Assembly (NCBI GenBank): GCA_002269645.1
Contig: NIVC01002106.1
Location: forward strand, 99,515-163,514
DNA length: 64,000 bases
Origin: Macrostomum lignano
Taxonomy: Eukaryota
Reading direction: 5' to 3'
The notes below the pieces were generated by a model that did not search any database, was not told the DNA's origin, and saw only the letters and a list, made by a program, of their open reading frames with translations. Positions 27,916 to 42,318 of this stretch are shown here, piece by piece (positions within the stretch are counted from its first letter, which is position 1; each line of letters begins with the position of its first letter). The position numbers and the translations under genes were made by a program.

Positions 27916-28579
27916 ACTAGTGGCTTTCTCTCTTTGTCAAAATTTGTTCTTTATGCTGTGAGCTTGCAGCAGAAAAAGTCTTCTACATGGCTGGTTCCTC
28001 TCGTCTGTGTGATCGCTGCCCCGGCCCCAAGCAAATTCACTTTCTTCAAGCAGAGCATTCCGTCATTGTTGCTGTCTCTCGCTGATCTGCCAGCCAGGCA
28101 AGCAGGCCTGACTTCTTGTTCGTGAAGCAATAATTTTTTTCCTTTCCATTTTCCCCTCTCTCCTAATCCTTTCATTGTAGGAAACATGTTAGCTTTTTAG
28201 GAAAAAACTACCTGGTAAAGATTCTCAGGTAGCAAAGCTCACAGGCTTAAAGCACTGTCGGTAGGGCAAGCTTTGTCTGACTGGGGAAGTGGCATGGGGG
28301 TGGCGGGGGGCGCCACCTTAGCACCCCCTCTCCTTTGGCCCCCATGCACTGGAGGGAGCAGAGTCAGCAAACTAATTCTGGGGCATTATGAAATTGCTGA
28401 TCAGTGCAAGGATTTATTAATTTTCCTGGGTTAACTGCGCGCTCTCTACTGTGTTTAGAGAGCCGACACCAGATGGGGCAGGTGCGACCGAAATGTAATG
28501 AACTCTTCACTGCGAGTGGCTCACAAAGACTGAATAGAGACTTGATCTGGACAGTTTGTTGGAGTAGCATGATTATAAT

Positions 28580-30295
<1,716 letters not shown>

Positions 30296-30744
30296 CCCCG
30301 TCTCCATTCAGCAAGTGGAGTTAAAAATCCAAATCCAGCAATATAATTTACAACCGGACAGCGCTGATTGGAGGCCATAAATCATATTGGAAATGAAAGA
30401 TTTTTTACCGGGCTACAGAGATCTGCCCCACTGATTCAGTGGCAGCAATTCTGGTTACGGCAGTGGCTTGCGCAATCCAAACTCTGGTCTGTTACTTCTG
30501 CCAACTGCGTTCTTGAGAGCTTGGGATGCCGTGTGTATAGTGCTTTAAAATGTACAGTCATAGTTTCCATGCAAAATTTTCCCTTTGCTTGAATTGTCAA
30601 CTTGGTCGTGTTTTCCGATTCTTACGAGTAGCTCGATGACAAACTGCCGGTAGCAATTCCCTAGCAACCCAAATAGGCTTGCCGTCTGCAGCGATTAGGG
30701 CGCGAAATTACTGGCCATATTTTGTGTCAAAAAGAGCTATATTT

Positions 30745-31350
30745 TTGTGTCAGACTGTGGCGTATATTTGCATCAGAAGGAGCCATATTTTAGTGTCAGA
30801 GGGAGCCATATTTTATGTCAGAGGGAGCCATATTTTATGTCAGAGGGAGCCATATTTTATGTCAGAGGGAGCCATATTTTATGTCAGAGGGAGCCATATT
30901 TTGGTGTCAGAGTTTCATATTTTAATGTCAGGGAAGCCATTTTTTAGTGTCAGAGGGAGCCATTTTTTGTGTCAGAGGGAGCTATATTTTAGTGTCATAG
31001 GCTGCCATATTTAGTATCAGAGGCTGCCATATCTAGTGTCAGAGGAAGCCATTTTAGTGTCATAGGCTGCCATATTTTTAGTGTCAGAGGCTGCCATATT
31101 TTTAGTGTCAGAGGCTGCCATATTTTTAGTGTCAGAGGCTGCCATATTTAGTGTCGGAGGCTGCCATATTTTGTGTCAGAGGGTTCCATATTTTAGTGTC
31201 AGGGGAGCCATTTTTTAGTGTCAGAGGGAGCCATATCTAGTGTCAGAGGAAGCCATTTTAGTGTCAGAGGGTGCCATATTTTTGTGTCATAGGGTGAGAT
31301 ATTTTGTGTCATAGGGTGAGATATTTTGTGTCAGAGGGTGCGATATTTTT
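30745..31350. repeat. About 22-bp degenerate minisatellite GTCAGAGGGAGCCATATTTTAT
   Basis: Tandem units with a variable T-run. Confidence 0.88.
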
Positions 31351-31999
31351 GACATAGATTTGCAAAATTTTGTTAAGGATGCATTAAATTACACTGAGCT
31401 GCAAATAAATATTCTTAGAACGAAAACTTTTGCTTTTTCCCATAAAAGTTATTTCTTTCCTGTGACTCAGTCTTAGAAGCGGTTATAAAAGGAAACTATT
31501 TTATAAAAAAGTTGAAACAAAATATTAGAAAACTTCAATCGGGTCAGGCCAATAAACCGCACCTGCGGCAATTGTAAATCGCGATTCTACGAGAAAAACA
31601 GCTCAGGATTTTGCAGAGGGAATATTTGTGTAAAATTCCCAGCAGCTGTTCCCCATCTTCAGGAGCGAGTTAACTGAGTCAAAATGAACTCACGCAATTT
31701 ATGGCTTCGCAAAAAAGTTATTGATTGAATTCTCCAGTTCGTGTACACAGTGTGTATTGAACAAGTTTTTGCCATAGCTAATAAACTCACTGCCATCATT
31801 CATTAATTTCTTTTGCCAACAGGCACTTGCAGTGGGACTTCCTAGGCTTTGCTTAGTGGCGGCAGCTTTGCCCCCTTTTTTCTTTGATTACCGCCTGCCT
31901 GAGTCAATACGCTGGGCTGCCGGTTGTTGAGCTTGAAGATGAGTATTCGTGTGCTGTGGAGTCTCACCGACTGACAGCCTGTAGACAACGCTCTGTCAC

Positions 32000-32635
32000 C
32001 CAGATGAGGCATTCCTGACACCCGAATGAGGCATCCCTGACGATACCTAGATGAGGCATCCCTGACACCCAGATGAGGCAATCCCTGACACCCAGATGAG
32101 GCAATCCCTGACACCCAGATGAGGCAATCCCTGACACCTAGATGAGGCCTCCCTGACACCCATGAGATGAGGCATCCCTGACAGACACCCAGATGAGGCA
32201 TCCCTGACAGACACCCAGATGAGGCCTCCCTGACAGACACTCAGATGAGGCATCCCGGACGCCCATGAGATGAGGCATCCCTGACACCCATGAGATGAGG
32301 CATCCCTGACGCCCATGAGATGAGGCATCCCTGACACCCATGAGATGAGGCATCCCTGACGCCCATGAGATGAGGCATCCCTGACGACACCTACATGTAG
32401 ATGAGGCATCCCTGACGACACCTACATGTAGATGAGGCATCCCTGACAGACACCCAGATGAGGCCTCCCTGACAGACACTCAGATGAGGCATCCCGGACG
32501 CCCATGAGATGAGGCATCCCTGACACCCATGAGATGAGGCATCCCTGACGCCCATGAGATGAGGCATCCCTGACGACACCTACATGTAGATGAGGCATCC
32601 CTGACGACACCTACATGTAGATGAGGCATCCCTGT
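32000..32635. repeat. About 22-bp modular minisatellite AGATGAGGCATCCCTGACACCC
   Basis: Constant AGATGAGGCATCCCTGAC core with alternative linkers (ACCC, ACCCATG, AGACACCC, GACACCTACATGT). A ~190-bp block is duplicated. Confidence 0.9.
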
Positions 32636-33586
32636 CACAGTGTGGCATTCCTGCTGACTCCCATAGCGTCGAATTTGACATCTTTGTTGGTTGCTTTTTC
32701 GGATTTTTTTAGTCCTATCACAGTTGTCGCTTGCTAAAATTTCGAATCAGGCTTTCTATGGGCATGCGCCAGTTCTATATGTACCTGTAAATTAGCATTC
32801 CTGTACCCTCCCGGGTACAGGGAACAAATCCCTTATATCCATATAATATCTGATCTACGTAATAAAATCTGGATACATGGCGCCTGTGCACTAAGAAGCG
32901 AGAGACAACATCAACACACGGCATGCACACGTGTCACCTTGGGTCGAGCTGCTGCATGCATGATGTAAAAACTCTCTAAGCGATATGCGTAAGCGTAGCT
33001 AGTCTTTGAAGTCAGCTTGGCTAGTATTGACAATTGAACTAAACGAATTAAGGCCGCATAAGTCTGTCCGGCCAGCAAGCCAGGTGTGGAGCGAGCGAAG
33101 GCTATGAGCTGATGGGATTAATTATTCTAAGACTCAGTGTAAACAGTATTTTAATTCCGCTAAGTTGGATTGAGTCATGAACTGCATATTTATCGGTTGA
33201 TTGCAAGGAAGCGCGTTTTATTTAATCTTAGCGTACGAGCGTATTAAAACTATATAGATGATTTCTTCAATCGAATTGCATAATTAATATATGTTTCTGG
33301 TATTCTATTGCAACGAGGACGGGAGCTCCAGAGTTTGCTCGGTTTTTACCTTGAATTGCTTTACTATGTATACTTTATTAGTTAATCTTCAGTTTTGTTA
33401 TATGGAGTTACATATTTATTTCAACTCTTCTCTTTGTCTAAGAATCAAGACTTCAATGCTTCGGGGGGGGGGGCTTTTTTCGTCAGACAATGCAATTTAT
33501 TGTAGCTGTACATGTATACATTCTTTCAGCAATTCAATAATCCTGTCACTGTGTAAGCTAACATGTACGCGTAGCTATAGAAAAAG

Positions 33587-33897
33587 TAGGCGCGTCGCCA
33601 CTGGGGGGGGGGACATGCCAATGCTTTGTCCCTTCCACCCCACCTTGTGATCCGTTGTGGTAATTGTGGTATTTTCTACAGGGCACCAAAATATAGTGCC
33701 TTCGGCGCCAAAATGTGTGCCTGTGGTGCTAAAAGGAATGCCTGCATGCGTCGCCAAAACGAGTGCCTGCGGTGCCAAAAGGAGCGCTGACAACACGATT
33801 CTCAAAATAATGAAAATGTAGGAATTTACTCATGTACATGTACATGTTGAATTCTTGGCTCTGTCCCCCCACCATAAAATCCATGGCGATACCCCTG
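33587..33897. mobile_element. Possible GC-rich-ended MITE
   Basis: TAGGCGCGTCGCCA versus the reverse complement of TGGCGATACCCCTG match at 10/14. An inner inverted pair GGGGGGGACA / TGTCCCCCC and internal ~21-bp GTGCC...GCCAAAA subrepeats are present. The TSD is not clean. Confidence 0.4.
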
Positions 33898-34485
33898 GAA
33901 AAAGGGATTTGGACAATATATTTACATTTTTGGTCCATCATGTATAACTGTTGGTGCGAGATATTCTGAATGCTCCTTGACTGAAATGAGAATACATGGC
34001 ACTTTACATGTAGCATTCACATTAAAACTCCAGAGCTTTAATATATTTAATCGTCTGCGCGCTTTCTTAATAATCAAGCAGCAGTTAGTGGATTCGTTGG
34101 GGGGGGGGGGCAAGGACCAAAAAATTCCCAAGACATAAGGTCAAGTAGTCCTTGAAAATTCCATTTATCTTACCTTCTTTTGAAAAAAAATTGAAATAGT
34201 TGATATTTGAAAAAAATTACTTAATATCATCGCGCTTACTATAATTTGAGATGGAAAAGTAAAAAGCACAAGAATTAGACTATATGTATAGTTATTCCGC
34301 GTTTTTCCTGCTTACCTGTTACGTAGCACATTAGTCAACGAATTTTACAATTTAAATTCTAAAAATTCCAGGAACAATAAATCTTCAATTTTTCCACCCA
34401 GAAAGACAAAGCATTATTGTACAGTATACAGTCAGTTACCGAGTCGAATTTAGATCAGTAAAATACAACTGTAGTAGACGTAGCG

Positions 34486-35103
34486 ATGGCACAAGCGCAT
34501 ATTTCAAAGTCACAATCAGGTGTGCCATATCAGCAACAACAGTCTCTTCCGATGTTGTCTGGTTATGAATCCAGGCAAATTAGCTATCCGAGCGCAACTG
34601 GCAGTTTTGGCGCTCCAGTTGGCTATCCAGGGCAGGGAATGTCAGTTCGTGGCTCAGTAAATCCGTATGCCAGTGGGCAATTCATTCCCAATCAAAATTC
34701 AACAATGGGAGGTAGAACTGGCTCGCGAAGCAATCTGGCTCGCCAGTCAAGAAGCCTCGGTGCATCGAAGGCTTCCGTAGTCAGTGAGAGAGGCGGAAAG
34801 ACCAACATTCGTAGAGAGTATCAAGACAAGAAGTTACGACGAAACTTGCAGTCGCCAATGTACGGCAAAGGTCGAACTCCATTTTTCATTGCTGTTGCAC
34901 TGTTTGTGCTTGGTAGCGTTTTAATTCTTCTTGGAGTTGTTGTGCTGCTTCTTCGTTTTCACAACAACATCATGCTCTCTATTGACAAAGGCGAAATTAT
35001 TGGACCTCTATTGATTTCTTTGGGAATTGCTTCATTGGCTGGTGGAATCAAGTTCTTATATGATGCCTATATAATTAGCAACAATGAGAGAAATAGAATC
35101 AAA
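34486..35103 (+). CDS. Uncharacterised two-transmembrane protein, first coding exon
   Basis: ATG-initiated 206-codon exon: S/G/Q/Y/P-rich N-terminus, basic patch, TM1 FFIAVALFVLGSVLILLGVVVLLL, short loop, TM2 IIGPLLISLGIASLAGGI. Ends at a canonical AAA|GTAAGT donor. Confidence 0.8.
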
Positions 35104-37744
35104 GTAAGTTTTGCATTCACTTTTATTCATATACATTGTAAATATGTTTGGATTACAATCACTGAACATATATTTAGGATTAGAAATCAAAATATAGTTT
35201 GGCCATTAAGCTAAAATTAAACTAATTAAACTAAAAGCTTATAAAGTTTTTTTTCATTGAATGCTTTAATTATTATTCTTTGATTAGGCCTAGTATACCA
35301 ATAAATTTATTGTTTAGACTTAGTTTATATATTACTCATGAAATTAGGCCAATGGCTATAATATGTTTTTAGGAAACTTCTCTAAATATTTTATACTAAT
35401 AGCAAGTTGATAAGAAGGAAAAGACATTTCTATATTTTCTAGAATATTAGTATTATAGCTTAGAATAATGTCTAGTAGCCTTTTAAATATTATAATCTAG
35501 AACTTACATATGCAATCCCCCCTGATTTACAATGGCCATGCAACTTATTTTTTGACCAAATTCCCTATGAAAAAACCCTAAAGCATAAATATTAACATTT
35601 TGGGTAAATGGCAAGAGTAACTATGACTGTCTTAATATTAAAGCTAAATGCCTTATCATCTAATTAGTATTATGTCTATTCTTTTGGGTTGGCATTTTTT
35701 ATAGCCTACCCCTGGTCCACCACAATTTTCAATGGCAAGATTGGCCAGGTTAGCCAGCAGTTGCGCTTATATAATCTAGACTATAGCTAGGGCATATGAC
35801 CAAGATGGCCATAGATCTAAATGTCTAAATTAAAATAAAAAATAATAAGTATAGGTCTATATATTTCACTCATTTCTATTTCCATATTGGTAATAATTAG
35901 GAAGATAGATGCTAAAATGGAATTATATTATATTATAATCATTCCCTTTGTTTTTAGGCCTAGCTTTTATTGTAGCTTGACCTATAGATGTTTATTTACT
36001 AAATAAAGCAGGTAGCCTAGCATAAAATAAATACCTTGTTGTATATTTAACTCATTTTTGCATTGCATTATTATTAGCAATGGTTTCTTAATAAACTGAT
36101 AGTGATATATTTGATATATATGGCCTTATAGAAATAAATTGGCATAAACACTAAAAAGATTAAAAAATTTTATTATGAATAATTTTTTTCAAATCTATTA
36201 TTGTATCAATATTTATAAATATGATTGATTCAAAATAAATACTTCATGATAATAAAACAATAGCTATTAAGTTGCTAATTATTGTTAGAGAAAAAGCAGA
36301 TATAATAGAGATTTAATGTTGTGGCTATGGCCATCTTGGTGTGTGGCCATCTTGGTCTTACACCATAGCTAGGCCTATATTTTAAGTATTAGAATACTTC
36401 CCAATCTTGGTAATCTAGCCTAAGAATCCATACTTTTATCTAAAAAAGCAAAGTATATTTTTATGTTTAAAATAAAATCATATTGAAGCAATTTTTGCAA
36501 AACTTTTTTTCGGATGTTATAAAGCAATTCAATGCATTTTCGACTTGGTTAAAACAAGAAAAATTAGTAAAAGTTTCAATATAGGGCCTAGTCAATCAAG
36601 GTAGATACCTTATTAAACAATTTGCTTGGCATAGCTATAGCACTTCTATAATTTTAGAATTTAAGCATAAGAAACTTACAGACAGTACTAATATTAAATG
36701 ATGAGGCATTTAGCCTTAATAGTATAGGCGTAGTTACTGTTGCCATTTACCCAAAATTAGGTTAACTTTTCTTAGGTTTCTTATAACTAGTAGGTTAGGC
36801 CTAGCAGCATTTTTTGGTCAAAAAAGAAAGTTACATAGCCAGTGTAAATTAGGGGGTGTGCATATATATGCACTTGTATGATCTACTTGGTAATGATTTT
36901 GCTTACTATCATCAATTGATTATGATTGTATAAGATGATATGCACCAACCCAGTAGACATAGCTGATTTCTTATCTAGCAAAATTCTCTTCAGTGACAGC
37001 TTACCTAAAGTGGCTCTAAAGTGGTCTTTAATAAGGTCTCTAAAGGACTAAAGTGGCTCATCTTCCAGAAACTGCCATCTGTTTTTCACTTTCCAATGCC
37101 AGAAATTCAAATATTGATCTATATTTAATTCTCTTCATGTTTGCTAATTGTAGTTATGCAAGTTTGGCCCATAGATAGTTTTCACTTGTAAATCTTCATA
37201 AATTTGTATATTCTATATAACTTCAACAAGATTTACTTAGTCATTCATATTAGCAGTGCAATGCTAAGCATGTCAGTCACTACTAGATTATAAAACATTG
37301 ATGTAAAGATTTTCTGGGACATATTTGCATTCACTCAGATTTAATTTGATAATAGTCAATAATCCTATAAAATATTTATGTCTATCTTTTATGAGATTAA
37401 GCATGCCTTTTTGGGAGCTATTTTCATAAGTCCTGCAAATATCATGTTTAATATTTCTACAAAAAACTGTCATGACTGCTCTTTGCTAACAACAGATGGG
37501 TCCAAAATAAAAGTTAGTTAAAAAACCAAATTTAGTTTCCATGTTTTACTTGCTGTACTGTCTTTTAATTTTGAATTGACTACCTAAATAAACTAATTTA
37601 ATATGTTTCAAATTTTATTGAAATTGTTTTTAGTTCACTTCGGCCAGCGATTCCCTCATTCAAGCAACAACCAACAGGGCTGGGCCAGTTAAAGCTCCGC
37701 CAACGTAAGTGACTTAGTGGCATTTTTGTGTTATTTAACTGCCT

Positions 37745-38425
37745 CTCTGCTCTCACCCAGTGTCCTTGAATCTGTCTCTCCACTCCTCACCCAGTGTCCT
37801 TGAATCTCTCTCCACTCCTCACCCAGTGTCCTTGAATCTCTCTCCACTCCTCACCCAGTGTCCTTGAATCCGCCTCTCCGCTCCTCACCCAGTGTCCTTG
37901 AATCCGTCTCTCCGCTCCTCACCCAGTGCCCTTGGATCCGCCTGTCCGCTCCTCACCCAGTGTCCTTGAATCCGCCTCTCCGCTCCTCACCCAGTGTCCT
38001 TGAATCCGTCTCTCCGCTCCTCACCCAGTGTCCTTGAATCCGCCTCTCCGCTCCTCACCCAGTGTCCTTGAATCCGCCTCTCCGCTCCTCACCCAGTGTC
38101 CTTGAATCCGCCTCTCCGCTCCTCACCCAATGTCCTTGAATCCGCCTCTCCGCTCCTCACCCAGTGCCCTTGAATCCGCCTCTCCGCTCCTCACCCAGTG
38201 TCCTTGAATCCGCCTCTCCGCTCCTCACTCAGTGTCCTTGAATCCGCCTCTCCGCTCCTCACCCAGTGTCCTTGAATCCGCCTCTCCGCTCCTCACCCAG
38301 TGTCCTTGAATCTATCTCTCCGCTCCTCTCCCAGTGCCCTTGAATCCGCCTCTCCGCTCCTCACCCAGTGTCCTTGAATCTATCTCTCCGCTCCTCTCCC
38401 AGTGCCCTTGAATCCGCCTCTCCGT
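37745..38425. repeat. 34-bp minisatellite CTCCTCACCCAGTGTCCTTGAATCCGCCTCTCCG, about 20 copies
   Basis: Period of 34 is directly visible. Confidence 0.95.
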
Positions 38426-38530
38426 TCTCCTTCAGTATCGCCTACTTATAGTAGACTGGTGTATAAAAGTGTATTAATTTTTAATTGTAAAAATATTTAT
38501 ACGATCTACAAAAACGAAACAAAAAACCAG

Positions 38531-38614
38531 GGAGATGCTGATGAGCGGCACCGTGTCAGCCAATGCCGTGAGCCGGACACCCCACGGATCCATGGGCTCA
38601 TTGAACAAGGTGTG
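38531..38614 (+). CDS. Possible terminal exon of the two-TM gene
   Basis: GC-richer island in AT-rich DNA reading (RE)MLMSGTVSANAVSRTPHGSMGSLNKV*. The acceptor is weak and its phase is unresolved; boundaries are approximate. Confidence 0.25.
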
Positions 38615-39529
38615 AATTTCAAGTTTTCAACAGTCATAACTATTCGGTTAACTCTGTTGTGTTTTTTTTCTTAAACTCTACTAAAAGTAGGAAGGCTGGG
38701 ACATTTTGCTACGCACAAAGACTCAAGTAACGAAGCAGACAAAGTGTGTTGATATTTCCCATAAATTCAAGAAATCAAGTACAAGAGTATCCTATTCTTC
38801 ACGGCGAATAGTCCCTTTGTGTTGTGCAATAATTTTCCTATGATCAAAATTATCAATTAAAAATAGTCTGTTTTAAAAGTTTCTCTGTCGAATTTTATCT
38901 CTTTTTACACATTGAATCTTATTTAAAGTGCGTAAATATTATTGAATTTAGTTTAGTGATTTTATGTTGCAATTTTTAACAAATCACATTCCTGATTAGT
39001 TTTTTGTTATTGTAAAGAACATTCCATTTATATTAACTGTTGGATTCTATAGTATATATGTCCATATGCCGCATGTTTTTAGTCAGTGCACTTTTAACAG
39101 TTGCTTTTAATTGAAAAGTCTAAACGCAATATAAAACTGCTTTTTTTAAATCGGCGCGTTTTTTGTCATATTCTTTTGTTTTAAAAATTCTGCTGTTTGT
39201 TGTTGACTGAATCTTTTATAAAAAGTCTCATATTTAATTTGTTTTTTTTACTATAAATATCGAGTGCAATTCCTGTTTAGCCATGATGCAATACATTGTT
39301 TTATTCACAGATAATAAAGTACACCGGCTTGTTGCACTTTTATCGGCTCTTGATGTGTCACTGAAAAGAAAACTTGAATTTTACTTAGTTTTTTATTTCT
39401 TACCCTTAGCTAGATAAAAAAGACCGATTAGCTCTATGTGCTACTGGTCAGCCAGATTGTGAGTAGTATGTCGCGGGAGAAAAGAATCTTACAGCTTGAA
39501 GGCTGCCAATGCTGATTAAGAGAGCCCTA

Positions 39530-39616
39530 AACTACCTGTCCTGGCCGGTAGGGTGCCTGCAGCATCAGCACCTGCACCGGCTCTGAGCAGTAGGCCGTCG
39601 CGCTGATAAAAGTGCC
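39530..39616 (-). mobile_element. Short decayed remnant of the same RTE-like LINE family as 45.4-46.4 kb
   Basis: Minus strand reads GTFISATAYCSEPVQVLMLQAPYRPGQ, versus GHFIRAESYCPQPVQEVLLLTLQAP in the larger copy. Nucleotide similarity to 45590-45672. Confidence 0.65.
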
Positions 39617-42318
39617 GTGTTGGAGGAATCTTGCTCGTCATCAATTTTCTTCAAATCAGGCAGATTTTGCTGGGGAGGCCTGTTTTCGCTCCAAAATGTT
39701 TTATTGAGATGAGAAGATTTCATATTTTTAGCATTGAATTCACACATCTCTTCACTTGCTGGACATCTATCTGACCTTAAGATTAGCATCATGGACAACT
39801 AGAGTAGAAGGGCGCTACACTCGGCTTTCGTGGAAATCGGGCTGGAGGCCAAATTTTCGCGTAAATACACTAGCGAGATAGAAGAATATCATATTTTGCA
39901 TGCGAAATAGGCAGCTAAATTTGAGTCGAAGAAGCAGTGAAGTTCTTATTTTGATATAAGTGTAGCATTCTACTTTTTTCATTTACATTATAATTATAAT
40001 TATAAGGCATACTCTACTCTAGTAATCTCTCGGCGTAATTTGGCGAACATCCTTCTAAAAGGACTGATTCGGCGAGAGTCGTCGATTTGTCGTGGCGCAC
40101 TGAATTCGAGTAGTAGACGACTTCAAAAACTAAGTCCAATGTTGCTAATTTGCTGCTGTTTGTCGGTGTTCAAAATTACAGTTCGTTAATTATCATTATT
40201 ATTCTTAGTATTACAATTGCGCCAGTAATGAATAATGCCTCCCCCAGTCCCTACCGTCCCTACGTGGTATAGCAGCTATCCGGAGCCCTACTGTACCCTC
40301 AGTATCCACAAATATCCCCACTGCGTCACAAGTTTCCTAGCATCGCAAAAGAAAGAGTCCCACCTGTTCCCATTAAGTGCCACCTACAGTTTTTATTTAC
40401 TGGTTTTTCCCAGGTTTAGATTAAATATTACCTTTACCATATACAACATTTATAATCATTCATCTTTATTGCCTTATTGCTTTATAATTATAATATTGTT
40501 TGTTTCTTTGTTGATATAGTTCTGCTACAATTCATGTACAGTATCGATATTTATCTCAGTTGCTTCCAACTCTGATATATCCGAAAACTTTCATCTTTAA
40601 ATCTATATAAAAGCCTATATAATATACACATTCGCACTTGTTTTCTTACGGCTTTTATAAGCTGATTATGCATCAGATATTTTGCTGATGGCACAAGATA
40701 AAATAATCTACTACGAGGGTGTCCAAAAAGTAGTGATACTGTAGAAGGGAGCTGTGGCTTGTATGGCCGAATGGGTCTGTTTTGCTTTCGACTGCGTTAT
40801 TTTCTGACTGATTATAGTATTCTGTACATGTTCATGCAGTGCCGATTAATAGCAAAGCTGAGAATTAATCGTTTTTACTCGAGACAACCAATTTCTGAGC
40901 ATAGTAAAATAATTTTTAGTTTTCATGCAGCCAATCAAGAGATATTGACTTTTAAATTTTGGCCTCCAGCCAATTTTACACGATTCGCGAGTGTAACGTC
41001 CTTCTACTCTAGTTGTCCATGATTAGCATTTTTACAAAACACTGAATGAAGTTTTGCCATGAGCATACATGTATTCAGTCAAGAAACATCAGTGTTCAAA
41101 ATATGTTTGTGGCCAGTCGGTACTCTATGACAAAAATTATTTCACCTTTAAGGAGAATTTACTGTTTAATGCTCCTGATATCATTAAATGGTCGATTTTA
41201 TTCTCCTCAAAAGTGACTGCATATACTGATAGAATTAAGTAATTACCTTTAAATGCAGCCTCGGACTTTCTAAGCTACTAAGAATGCGAAATAAATGGCG
41301 TTAATTGTATGCATAATCAATTAAACACAGAAATAAGAAAAAGTGAAATTTCGTCAGAACTTTGCTTGCTTGTCGTTCTCTTCGGGTGCTCGTAGCATTT
41401 CATGGAAAAGAGTTTGTTAAAATTGCAAACGCACTGTGGAAGTCCAGAAGTTGAGATATTGTGAATTTAGTGTTAAGAAACCTCTTTTACCCTTGACCTT
41501 TAAAAATGACCCCCAAATAGCCTCTTAATTACAATCCTCTTTGCGTCGACTCGCCCCTGGATGCTGAACTTGCGTCATCACTCGCGTCCTTCCTAATGCC
41601 ATCTCTAACAGCGATCGAGCTGAGGCCCACCGTGCACTACAGACGTGTCAAGCGCACCTGAGCATTATTTAATCAATGCAGTATAATCCTCTTTCTGCGA
41701 GTGAAATCTTCGCCAATTGCTTGCCACACTCAAATCGGTCAAGTGAAGCGGCATAATTAAAGTACACCTTGATAACAGTTTGGAATCGCCGGCTGTTGCC
41801 CCCGACGCAACGGTGGGCGGAGAGGCCACTTGAGCGCAGCCGGGGTCCTCTCGGAGGCCCAATCCAGTCTGCATGGGCTCAGCCATTACGAGAGCGGATG
41901 AAGCGATCGAGGTCCAGGGGCGTAAGTGCCAGATTTCGACGCTGAGCCAGGCCGGGTTTGCACCTGCGGTCCTCTTCTAGTAGTAGGAACGAGCCGAACC
42001 CAGGGACACTTTGATGAAGAATTTGGATTGCGTCATTTCTCAGTTCAGACAGTTTTTACTAACTTTATCTGCACAAGCTTCTAAACTTTATTAAAAACTG
42101 TTGGAAAGTCAAAGTGTCGCTGTACTGGCGCCTTGTACGAGTCAGCGAAATGGGCAGAACTGCCTCCTGGCTGCTTGTGGGATCGACTATGTCGCCAAAG
42201 GCGTTGCACCAGGGTGCCCTCCCGCAGTTATTAAATATTGTAATTGAATTAGGCACAAAAACTGTGTTGCAAAATGGCTTTTATTTACTCCCACTTTTTG
42301 CTCGTATGTTTGGTCTAT

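Noticed and set aside
39798-40023. 11-bp inverted repeat ACTAGAGTAGA / TCTACTCTAGT
   Set aside because: Too short, with no convincing TSD or second copy, to call a MITE.
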